A DNA stretch of 64,000 nucleotides from Candidatus Latescibacterota bacterium (GTDB lineage Bacteria > Latescibacterota > UBA2968 > UBA8231), in the NCBI GenBank assembly GCA_965242865.1, contig CBDETK010000013.1:3808001-3872000 (forward strand), written 5' to 3'. Each line of letters begins with the position of its first letter. The stretch's first letter is position 1. Shown piece by piece: positions 52,093 through 60,520 of the stretch. The notes beneath the pieces were generated by a model. That model had not been told where the DNA came from. It made no database searches and saw only the letters and a program-made list of their open reading frames with translations. A program made the translations under genes and the position numbers.

Positions 52093-52800
52093 ATGGTGGA
52101 TTTTGCCGCACTGAGCGAAAAATTGCAACGAGCGAGCACGGCGACCTTGACGTCCGTGCTCCGCAACAAGGGACTGCACAATACCTTTATGCACCCAGTC
52201 GCGCCCCTCAAGCCCGACATGCAGTTGGTTGGACGGGCCTTTACCCTGCGCTACATCCCGGCGCGCGAAGACCTCGACGAAGGGCCGGTGGACAACCTAA
52301 AAGATGTGCAGCGGATCGGCATTGAGCAGGTGACGGCCGGCGACGCCTTCGTCATTGATGCCCGCGGCGACACCCGGGCCGGGACCATGGGGTCCATCTT
52401 AGCAGCGCGGCTGCAAGTGCGGGGCTGCGCGGGAATCGTCACCGACGGGGCCTACCGCGACTCCCCGACCATTGCCGCGTCGGGGTTGCCCGCCTACTCA
52501 GCGGCCATGAACGCCCACACCAACAAAACCATCCACCACCCCAGCGAAATCCAAGTGCCCATTGCCTGTGGCGGAGTGGCGGTTTTCCCCGGCGATGTAC
52601 TCGTCGGCGATGGCGAAGGGGTCGTAGTCATCCCGGCCCACTTGGCCGAGGAGGTCGCCATCGAGGCCGCGGAGATGGAAGAAAAGGAGCGCTTCATCGC
52701 GAAGAAAATCCGCGCTGGGGCCAGCATCGTCGGCACCTATCCCCCCGACGAGCAGACCTTGGCCGAGTACCAAGCCTCGAAAACAAACCAATCCACCTAA
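52093..52800 (+). CDS. RraA/HMG-aldolase family protein
   Basis: GRAFTLRYIPARED, TDGAYRD and GDVLVGDGEGVVVIP. Confidence 0.88.
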   Translation: MVDFAALSEKLQRASTATLTSVLRNKGLHNTFMHPVAPLKPDMQLVGRAFTLRYIPAREDLDEGPVDNLKDVQRIGIEQVTAGDAFVIDARGDTRAGTMGSILAARLQVRGCAGIVTDGAYRDSPTIAASGLPAYSAAMNAHTNKTIHHPSEIQVPIACGGVAVFPGDVLVGDGEGVVVIPAHLAEEVAIEAAEMEEKERFIAKKIRAGASIVGTYPPDEQTLAEYQASKTNQST

Positions 52801-52892
52801 GTACGCGACATTTGCGTTGCCGCTGCGTCCGGGATCGAGGGCGTCTCGCCCTCGATCCTTAGGAAGGCGAGCCGCTGGTGTCGCGTAGTTAG
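52797..52892 (-). mobile_element. MITE/REP-like element, copy 2
   Basis: Ends CTAAGTACGCGAC / GTCGCGTAGTTAG (12/13 inverted match); hairpin GGATCGAGGGCG-tct-CGCCCTCGATCC. Confidence 0.78.
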
Positions 52893-54229
52893 CCCAGTCG
52901 GCCGCGCAACCAGCGCGCTAGATCCGCGACCACAGCGGGAGCGGTCGCGGCGATGTTGTGCAACTCGTCGGGGTCCTGCCCAAGGTCGTAGAGTTCGTCG
53001 CAGTCGTTGTAATTCTCGATGTACTTGTGGGTAGCCGTGCGAATGCAGCGGAAGTTGTGCAGGGCCGCGACGGTCGCTTGGCGATGCGCGTCGGTCTGGG
53101 CGTTGAGAATCGGTTGCAGCGAGCGAGCGTCCATGGCTGGCTGCGGCGTTAGCCCGGCGAAATCGCATATCGTGGCGTTGAGGTCGATGAGTTCGCACAG
53201 CGCGTCACTGACGCGGCCCCCGGCGATATTCGGCCCGGCAATGATCAGGGGTACGCGCAAGCTGGCCTCGTAGGCCGCGCTCTTGGTGTACAGCCCGTGG
53301 TCGCCGAGCAATTCGCCGTGGTCCGAGGAGAAAATGATGTAGGTGTTGTCGAGCTGACCGCGCTTTTCGAGCGCGTCGAGGATCTGGCCGATCTGGTCGT
53401 CAATAAGCTCGATGGCCGCGCAGTACTGGCGACGGGTTTGGGCGATTTGGTCGGGCGTGAACTCGGCGGCGCGTTTCTTGATCCACTCGGGTTTGCCAGC
53501 GAGGGAGTCGCTGATGGCCGGGGGCATGGCCGCGTTGCGGTAGCGGTCGCCGTATTGGGCAGGCGGGTCAAAGGGATCGTGCGGGCCGACGAAGCTGACG
53601 AAGTAGTGCCAAGGGAAGTCGTCGGGCACATTGGCAATCCACTCGGCCGCGCGCCGGCCAATGTAAGCGTCCTCAAAGTCCTCGCTGGCCAGCGGCGAGT
53701 CGCGGCAGTCGGCAATCCACTCGGCCGCGGCGCGTCGTCGATAGTCTTGGTGAAACGCCGCCAACTGCCCTTTGGCGGCTAGGTAGTGCGTATAGGGGCC
53801 AATCGGCGTGGGCGAGGCACCGGCGTGCATTTTGCCTTCGCATTCCTCGGGATGGGTAAAGCCCCAGCTGTAGGCATAGGGCCGGTCGCCGTAGCGGCCA
53901 TTGTAGCCATCGGATTTGCGGAGGTCGAGCTTGCCGACGCAGCCGACGCGGTAGCCGGAGTCGCGCAGCCGCTGATAGTACGTGGTGGTGCCCAAGGGCA
54001 GCCGGCCCGAATTGTCTAGGCAGCCGAGACGGCTCGGTTGCAGGCCAGAGGCCAAGCCGATCCGCGCTGGGGCGCAAACGGGTGCGTTGGTGGTGCATTG
54101 GGTAAAGCGGACGCCCGCAGCCGCGAGGCGGTCGAGATGGGGCGTCCGCACGAAGTCGGCACCGGCCGTGCCGAGGTAGTCGTGGCGGTGTTGATCATCC
54201 ATGATGAAAAGTATATTGGGACGAGGCAT
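52889..54229 (-). CDS. Sulfatase (choline-sulfatase-like, Cys-type)
   Basis: PNILFIMDDQHR, CAPAR (CxPxR), PHDPF, SDHGE and ELYDL..DP.E. Confidence 0.92.
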   Translation of the reverse strand: MPRPNILFIMDDQHRHDYLGTAGADFVRTPHLDRLAAAGVRFTQCTTNAPVCAPARIGLASGLQPSRLGCLDNSGRLPLGTTTYYQRLRDSGYRVGCVGKLDLRKSDGYNGRYGDRPYAYSWGFTHPEECEGKMHAGASPTPIGPYTHYLAAKGQLAAFHQDYRRRAAAEWIADCRDSPLASEDFEDAYIGRRAAEWIANVPDDFPWHYFVSFVGPHDPFDPPAQYGDRYRNAAMPPAISDSLAGKPEWIKKRAAEFTPDQIAQTRRQYCAAIELIDDQIGQILDALEKRGQLDNTYIIFSSDHGELLGDHGLYTKSAAYEASLRVPLIIAGPNIAGGRVSDALCELIDLNATICDFAGLTPQPAMDARSLQPILNAQTDAHRQATVAALHNFRCIRTATHKYIENYNDCDELYDLGQDPDELHNIAATAPAVVADLARWLRGRLG

Positions 54230-54382
54230 TGGAGAGTTCCTTGGGGTTTTAGGTAGTTGCCGAATCCAGCCCAATCTATCCCGCCGCTAGTCTCGCTTCA
54301 AGGGCGGCCATTGTGCGGCGATCCAAGCGGGCGGATATTGAAGGCGCGTACTATCGTTCAGATTGCAGCAAAGGAGATATAA

Positions 54383-54847
54383 ATGGCTAAACTACTTGAA
54401 GAGCTACTCAAGCAGAAGCGAGCGCAACAGGAAGCGTCGGAGTTTGCACATATAGCAGTTCGTCAGGAATGGATATCCAACTGCGAAAATCTCATGTCGA
54501 GGATAACTGAATGGTTGCAGCCGCTTGAAGACAAAAACTGGCTGGAGATTCAGTCAGAGGATATTCTGATTCGGGAAGACCAGCTTGGGGATTACGCAAC
54601 CCGATCTTTACGACTCATCTTTTTAGACAGCCAGATTCTCACCTTCAAACCAGTTGGGCGTTTCATCATAGGTGCTCAAGGGCGCGTCGATGTCATCTCG
54701 GGAAGCACCCTTCTCGCAATGCTGCTCTATAGAGAAAATGACGAGTGGGAATTTGCGAGGCGAGAGGGCAGATATGGAAAACCCGTCCGATGGGCATTCA
54801 ATAGAAGTACCTTAGAGGAATTTCTGGTTGAGTTCTTAGAAGAGTAA
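54383..54847 (+). CDS. Hypothetical protein
   Basis: AAGGAG SD; 154 aa; PVGRFIIGAQGRVD; AT-richer DNA. Confidence 0.7.
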   Translation: MAKLLEELLKQKRAQQEASEFAHIAVRQEWISNCENLMSRITEWLQPLEDKNWLEIQSEDILIREDQLGDYATRSLRLIFLDSQILTFKPVGRFIIGAQGRVDVISGSTLLAMLLYRENDEWEFARREGRYGKPVRWAFNRSTLEEFLVEFLEE

Positions 54848-54849
54848 AA

Positions 54850-55381
54850 ATGCGCGAGTTCACTTGTGATGCGCTCCTCGAATGGTACGCCTTGCTCCAA
54901 CAAAATGTGCGCGACCTCGGCGACGAACAGTTTGAATCTTTCACCCCGACTGAGTGCGACGAGTTACGTGCGGATCTGCTTGAGGAGATACGCAAGGACT
55001 ACGCCTTCAAGCTCCTTACGCTCTTGGAGGCAGGTATCCGAGAGGATTTTCTCGCATCTCTACAACAAAAAAAGCGCGACAGAGTAAGCAGAGCGTATCG
55101 CGAGTTGTGTGAAGAATATCGCCGCGAGACGCGTCTAAGTTGGCAAGCAGGCTACTCAGGCGTGTAGGCGGGTTCCCATTGAGCGGATCTTCGACACGTT
55201 ACGAGACTGTTTCAGCGACATTGACGAGGCGTTTCGGAGGGTTTGCTCGGTGACCAAGGGATACTTCGGGTTTCGGAATTGGTATGCACACGGTCGGCTT
55301 CGCACAATGCCGGTTGTTCCAGATCCGGAGGACGTATATGAGGCGTACGAGCAGTTTCAGGAGAAGGTGCTGAATCGATAA
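54850..55381 (+). pseudogene. Frameshifted HEPN-domain protein
   Basis: ORF stops at 55167. The +1 frame (55142-55381) continues ...GYFGFRNWYAHGR..., an RxxxxH motif at 55274-55291. Confidence 0.65.
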
Positions 55382-55474
55382 CTGTCATCAACTCCGTGGC
55401 GAGATGGTGATACAGCAGTCCTAAATAACTTGAACGCATGGAATGTTCATCGGCCCTGTTTTTTGCATAGAGGT

Positions 55475-55500
55475 GTCATTCCCACGAACGCGGGAATCCA
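55475..55500. repeat. ATTCCC-N8-GGGAAT palindrome (dRS3/REP-like)
   Basis: GTCATTCCCACGAACGCGGGAATCCA. Confidence 0.6.
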
Positions 55501-55507
55501 GTCTTGG

Positions 55508-55634
55508 GCTCGCCGATGCTCACGCGGCTCTCGACAATGCCGTTGCCAGAGCCTATGCTTGGAAAATAGACATTTCCGAAGATGAAACGTTGAAGAAACT
55601 ACTAGCGATGAACGAAGTAGAAAACATCGCTTAA
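55508..55634 (+). pseudogene. C-terminal remnant of an MmeI/type IIL-like DNA methyltransferase
   Basis: LADAHAALDNAVARAYAW..ISEDETLKKLLAMN matches the recalled MmeI-type C-terminal motif. Confidence 0.6.
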
Positions 55635-55718
55635 TTGCAAAATTTGAAAAATCTATGCTACTATCACTAGTAGCGTCAATCGTTTTGAGATACTTTGGGA
55701 ATCATCTAATAGGCCGCT

Positions 55719-56618
55719 ATGCAGACCAACGACCCAATCCCATTTGCAGCATTCGCCCGATTCGAGCGGCTCACCGCCGAGAAGCCGCTGCTGTACTGCG
55801 ATCCCCCCGCGTGGGCGGCTGCCAGTCACGCCATCGTCGTGGGCAGCACCGTGCATTATCTGTGGGCCAAAAAGGGAGGGGACAATAGCTGGGTACACAT
55901 GCACAGCTCTGCGCCAGTCGCCGATCCTATAGCGGTTACGCACGACCCGCGCAATCCCATACTCCGGCCTTCCGCCGATGATTTCGACAATCAAGGAGTG
56001 GAATACCCATTCCCGTTCTGGAATCCCGCCGACCAGTGCTACTACGCATATTATCTAGGCAGCCAAGGCAAGGGCAAGCCCCGCCGCAAACAGACCGGCC
56101 TACTAGTCAGTAACGGCGATTTAGGGGCGTGGACGCGGATTGGGAATGAACCGATAGTTGCAGTCGGCGGCGCACACGAGCAACACGGCTCTTCCCATCC
56201 ATCCGTGGCCGTGTCGGGCAATGTCATTCACATGGTTTATACCGGCGAGTCGCCAGCCCCTCCTGAACGGCGCGATATTCTCTACAACGTGCCGACCATC
56301 TGTCACGCCACCGCACCAACCAGCGATCCGGCGAAAGTCACCAAGAATCCCGCCAATCCCGTATTCAGCGGATCGGGGCAGGCATGGGACCGCTATGGCG
56401 TACGCGAAGCCGAAATCCTCAAAGGACCGAGCTACTTCCACCTGTTCTACGGAGGGTACGACGGCGAAGTCTGGGCTATTGGACATGTCCGTACGCGCGA
56501 CTTCCACACCTTCGAACCCAACCCACACAACCCAATCTTCACGCCTGCGACCAATGCCGATGCTTGGGATTGCGATGGCCTCCTAACCCCTCAGGTGTTC
56601 GCAATGAATGGGACCTGA
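55719..56618 (+). CDS. Five-bladed beta-propeller glycoside hydrolase-like protein, probably 3'-truncated
   Basis: Repeated NPI/NPV blades with FD/WD...P motifs; ends abruptly mid-blade where the opposite-strand gene fragment begins. Confidence 0.65.
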   Translation: MQTNDPIPFAAFARFERLTAEKPLLYCDPPAWAAASHAIVVGSTVHYLWAKKGGDNSWVHMHSSAPVADPIAVTHDPRNPILRPSADDFDNQGVEYPFPFWNPADQCYYAYYLGSQGKGKPRRKQTGLLVSNGDLGAWTRIGNEPIVAVGGAHEQHGSSHPSVAVSGNVIHMVYTGESPAPPERRDILYNVPTICHATAPTSDPAKVTKNPANPVFSGSGQAWDRYGVREAEILKGPSYFHLFYGGYDGEVWAIGHVRTRDFHTFEPNPHNPIFTPATNADAWDCDGLLTPQVFAMNGT

Positions 56619-57845
56619 TTCCTGTGCGCCGAGAAGCCGATGTGGGCGAGAGCGGCCAGCAAGACGAGGCACGCCAGACCGTAGCGAATGGTGGCGCTCC
56701 GACCCGCCGCCTCGATGGACAGGAACCGGTCTAGCAGCAACACCGCCGTCACCAGCAGCGGCACATACACCGGCAGTAGGTAGCGGCTGTCGATGACCTG
56801 TTTAACCGCGAGGGGTACGACAGCGACGATGAATCCGAGGTAGGCTAGGGCGAACACCCCGAATGGGAGCACCGGCCCCAACCCCAAGCGCGGCGACGCA
56901 GTCCGCTCCGTTGCCCCTCCATCCGTCCCGCCAAGCCGAGACCCAACGACGACCGCTCCCGCTGCCATCACCAGCCCGGCCGCAGTCCACAGGAGAAAAC
57001 TAAACCCGTCCGGCGCATTCGGGGGAATCGCCCATTCCCGGAATACATCTACCACTTGGCTCAGTGACTCGGACAGGGACTGCTCCGACCCGCCTTTCCT
57101 CGCGGTCAGGCTCCCGGAGACCGCCCAGTTGCGCGTCATCACCCCCGCGAGGGGCAAGGATGAGATGGCCCCAAATACAACGGCGTCTTTCAACCGGGCG
57201 GCCAGCGGCGGTTTGCGCCGCACCAGCAACAGCAGGACGCCGATGCCGATCAGCACCACGCCCGGGTAGCGGGTCAGCGCGACCAGCGCGGTGCAAACCG
57301 CCGCCAGCAGGGGCGTCCTCCCGCCGCGATGCAGGAAGGACGCCCATTGGATCAAGGCGAGGAGCGTAAACAGGGCGAAGAGGGGATCGTTCCTGACCTC
57401 TGACGCCCAATGGCTCAAGGGCAGGGAGGCTGCGATAGTCGCGGTGGCGGCTAGTGCCAGTCCCCGCGACCGGAGATGCGAGCGCAGATAGAGGCCGGCT
57501 GCCAAGATGGTCAGCCCGAAGGCGGTGGCGTTGACCCACCGACTCGCCGCTACCGGATCGAGGCCAACCCACCCCAAGGCCGCTAGCAGCAAGGGGAACA
57601 AGGGCGGGGAAAACACCATTGGGTTGCCCCAGAAATCCTGCCAGCCCTCTCCTGCGAGGAAGTTCATGGCCGTGGACAGAAAAATTACAGAGTCGTACAT
57701 GACCTTCGCGCCGTAGGTGGCGGTGCGGACGGGTGCCCAGCCCGGCGAGGACGACGATGAGCAGCGCGAAGGGGTCGCGCCGCAACCGGGCGATCCGCTT
57801 GAATGCAGAGCACTTCACTGTGGAGAGGGTAAATCGCTTCGCCAT
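56615..57845 (-). pseudogene. GT-C (PMT/ArnT-like) membrane protein paralog 4, frameshifted and truncated
   Basis: 11-nt deletion near 57731 relative to the paralog at 62416-62430. Homology stops after FSAHRN, so the C-terminal domains are lost. Confidence 0.85.
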
Positions 57846-57848
57846 AGT

Positions 57849-59840
57849 TCAATCCCCGGCCGGCGAAAACGCCGCGTCCCAGAGGGTGCGGTTCCCGTTG
57901 GCAATCCATTGGCCGACTCGGATGCGGCCGATGGGGTAGCCGGGCAGTGGGGCGGTCGCGATACACTGGTCGCCGACCCGGAGACCGCGCCGGTCGAAAT
58001 AGAAGCCGAGGTTGTCGTAGTCGTACCGCCTGCGGGGCTCTGACAGGTCTGCCGGGCGTGCTAGGTCTTCCGGGTCGGCGGGGGTGACGTGCAAAACGAA
58101 CTTCGCCTGCACATCGGCGCGGGTGCAGGGCTCTTTGAAGTAGATCAGCTTGCGCCCCTTGCGGTACACATCCCAGCCGGCGCGAACCACCGGATCGCCA
58201 GCCTGTTGGATGAGTTGCTCCGCGTAGCGTTGTTTGCAGGCGCGATGCCGGTCCGCATCAAAGGGTTCGGCCGTCGTTACGCGGAACACAACGCCATCGG
58301 ATAGCTCGGCCACGGTTTCCACGCCGGGCAGGCAGCGGATGTCCAAGGCGTCGTAGTTGTACCAAGACTTTTCAGCCAGGAGCCAAACGATATGTGCGCC
58401 GTCGCCCTTGGTCTTCCGCATTATGCGCGGTATCAACTGGTGAATCTCGTCTGAGAGATACTGGTGCTTTCTCGGGGCGCGGGTCCGATCCCACAACCAA
58501 GTAATTGTGGGGTTGTTGCTGAAAACCCTGCCATCGTTGAGGTGGGTCCTGATGTAACTTAGGGTATCAGAAGGGTCTCGGTAGGAGCGATCGAACATCC
58601 AGCTTTTGAGCCCGACCCTCCATGCTTTGGCGGTAATGCGGAGATGCTGGTGCGCCGAGTAGCCGCCGTGGACGAGGACGGCCAGCAGGACGAGGGACCC
58701 CAGCCCGTAGCGGACAGCCGACGCGACGCCTGCGATGGACAGGAACCGGTCCAGCAAGAACACCGCTGTCAACAACAACGGTATATGCACCGGCAGCAGG
58801 TAGCGGCTGTTGATTTCCTGCTCAACCATGAAGGGCACGATGGCGACCATGAATCCGAGGTAAGCTAGGGCGAATACCCCGAATGGGAGTGCCGGTCCCA
58901 GCCGATCCTTCCCGCTTAGGCCGAAGCCGCGACCTGACGCAACGATGACCGCGGCGCCGGCCAGCCCGACTGCGGCGACCGCCAACCACAGCAGGTACGC
59001 CACCCCATCCGGCGCGTTCGGAGGGACGACCCACTCGCCGAACACCTCGGCGATCTGGTGCAGCCCAGCGGATAGAGACTGCCCGGACGCGCCCTGCCTC
59101 CCGGTCAGAGTCCCGGAGACCGCCCAGTTGTGCGTCAGTGTTCCCCCGAGGGGAAAAGATGAGATGGAGCCAAATGCGATGGCGTCTTTCAACCGGGCGG
59201 CCAGCCGCGGAGCGCGCCGCACCAGCAGCAGCAGGACGCCGGTGCCGATCAGGGCCACGCCCGGATAGCGGGTCAGCGCGGCCAGCGCGGTAAAAACCGC
59301 ACCTAACAGCAGGGGCGTCCGCCCGCCGCGATGCAGGAAGGATGCCAACTGGATCAAGGCGAGGAGCGTAAACAGAGCGAAGAGGGAGTCGGTCATGAGG
59401 CTCGACGCGAGCTCGCTCAAGGGCAGGGAAGCCGCGATGGTCGCGGTGGCGATCAGCACCAACTCCCGCGACCGGAGATTCGTGTGCAGCCAGCACCCCG
59501 CAACGAGGATGGTCAGCCCGAAGGCGGTGGCGTTGACCCACCGACCTGCCTCCAGCGGATCAATGCCCACCCAACCGCCAGCCGCCAGCAGCAGGGGGAA
59601 CAACGGCGGCCATACTACCGACGGTGAGCCCATGGAATCCCGCCAGCCCTCGCCGGCGAGGAAGTTCATGGCCGTGGATATAAAAAATGAGGAGGCGTGT
59701 GGATCGACCGCCACGCCGTAGGTGGCGGTGCGGGCGAGGATGTACGCGGTGCCCAGTCCGGCGAGGACGACGATGAGCAGCGCGAAGGGGTCGCACCCGA
59801 ACCGGGCGATCCGCGGCCTTTTTTTATCTATAGTACTCAA
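57849..59840 (-). CDS. GT-C (PMT/ArnT-like) membrane protein paralog 3 with C-terminal soluble domain
   Basis: WPPLFPLLLA, TDSLF, TRYPG, SRYLLP; C-terminal KFVLHVTP...RIRVGQW. Start is TTG; the homologous ATG position reads ATA. Confidence 0.75.
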   Translation of the reverse strand: MSTIDKKRPRIARFGCDPFALLIVVLAGLGTAYILARTATYGVAVDPHASSFFISTAMNFLAGEGWRDSMGSPSVVWPPLFPLLLAAGGWVGIDPLEAGRWVNATAFGLTILVAGCWLHTNLRSRELVLIATATIAASLPLSELASSLMTDSLFALFTLLALIQLASFLHRGGRTPLLLGAVFTALAALTRYPGVALIGTGVLLLLVRRAPRLAARLKDAIAFGSISSFPLGGTLTHNWAVSGTLTGRQGASGQSLSAGLHQIAEVFGEWVVPPNAPDGVAYLLWLAVAAVGLAGAAVIVASGRGFGLSGKDRLGPALPFGVFALAYLGFMVAIVPFMVEQEINSRYLLPVHIPLLLTAVFLLDRFLSIAGVASAVRYGLGSLVLLAVLVHGGYSAHQHLRITAKAWRVGLKSWMFDRSYRDPSDTLSYIRTHLNDGRVFSNNPTITWLWDRTRAPRKHQYLSDEIHQLIPRIMRKTKGDGAHIVWLLAEKSWYNYDALDIRCLPGVETVAELSDGVVFRVTTAEPFDADRHRACKQRYAEQLIQQAGDPVVRAGWDVYRKGRKLIYFKEPCTRADVQAKFVLHVTPADPEDLARPADLSEPRRRYDYDNLGFYFDRRGLRVGDQCIATAPLPGYPIGRIRVGQWIANGNRTLWDAAFSPAGD

Positions 59841-59883
59841 TCAAGATACGATATGGCCGGGCCGATCAATCCCAAGGAATAGC

Positions 59884-60102
59884 TCATTCGCTTAGTTCGG
59901 GATTGAGTACAGAAAGCCCTGCTAAGGTGGCGGTCTGACAGAAGGGGCTATCAGCGCAAACAAAATAATCGAGCGGTGTATGACTATTGACGTCAAGAGC
60001 AACGGCAAGCTGAAGAGCATCTAAGGTCCGCAAATTTTCGGTGAAAGCATAACGGGCGAGAAGTCGAACAGCTTGGTTCTGGTATGTGCGCTTATCGTCC
60101 AT
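59884..60102 (-). pseudogene. PIN/VapC toxin, C-terminal half only
   Basis: LRTLDALQLAVAL...FVCAD...LNPE present; N-terminal DTS motif absent. Confidence 0.7.
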
Positions 60103-60400
60103 CTCGTTCTTCACTCACGATCTTTGCCATAGCCCCCTTAAACTTAGCTGTGATTCTGAGCACTTCCTCCATTGAGGTCGGAGCCTCTGTGTCATCGGCA
60201 CTTGCTCGATTCCATTCCAATCCCCACAAGTCGTCCTCGTGAAGGTCATCCAACAGCTTCTGAGACCGGTCCGGTTTTTGGAGTTGCCTTTCAATCCTTC
60301 GTTTGACTTCCGTCAGCGTGTCAGGAGGCAGGTTGCAGAGAGTGTCAATGAGGTCTTTGAGGGGCAGATTAACTTCGACGTTTTTGTCAATGCTAGTCAT
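60092..60400 (-). CDS. Putative antitoxin
   Basis: GGAGG SD; ends with the typical antitoxin tail IVSEERDGR and overlaps the PIN fragment. Confidence 0.65.
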   Translation of the reverse strand: MTSIDKNVEVNLPLKDLIDTLCNLPPDTLTEVKRRIERQLQKPDRSQKLLDDLHEDDLWGLEWNRASADDTEAPTSMEEVLRITAKFKGAMAKIVSEERDGR

Positions 60401-60438
60401 TTTATTCCTCCAAGGAGAGGGTCGTTTTCATGGGATGC

Positions 60439-60520
60439 TCCTGTTATATAGGTCAAATGATAATATACTTGATGCGGTGATGTAAAGAACGGCTCGGCGA
60501 GTAGGATGTCCTGTATCACC
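60439..60520. repeat. 82-bp inter-paralog spacer repeat, copy 1
   Basis: Two mismatches versus 62667-62748. Confidence 0.92.
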
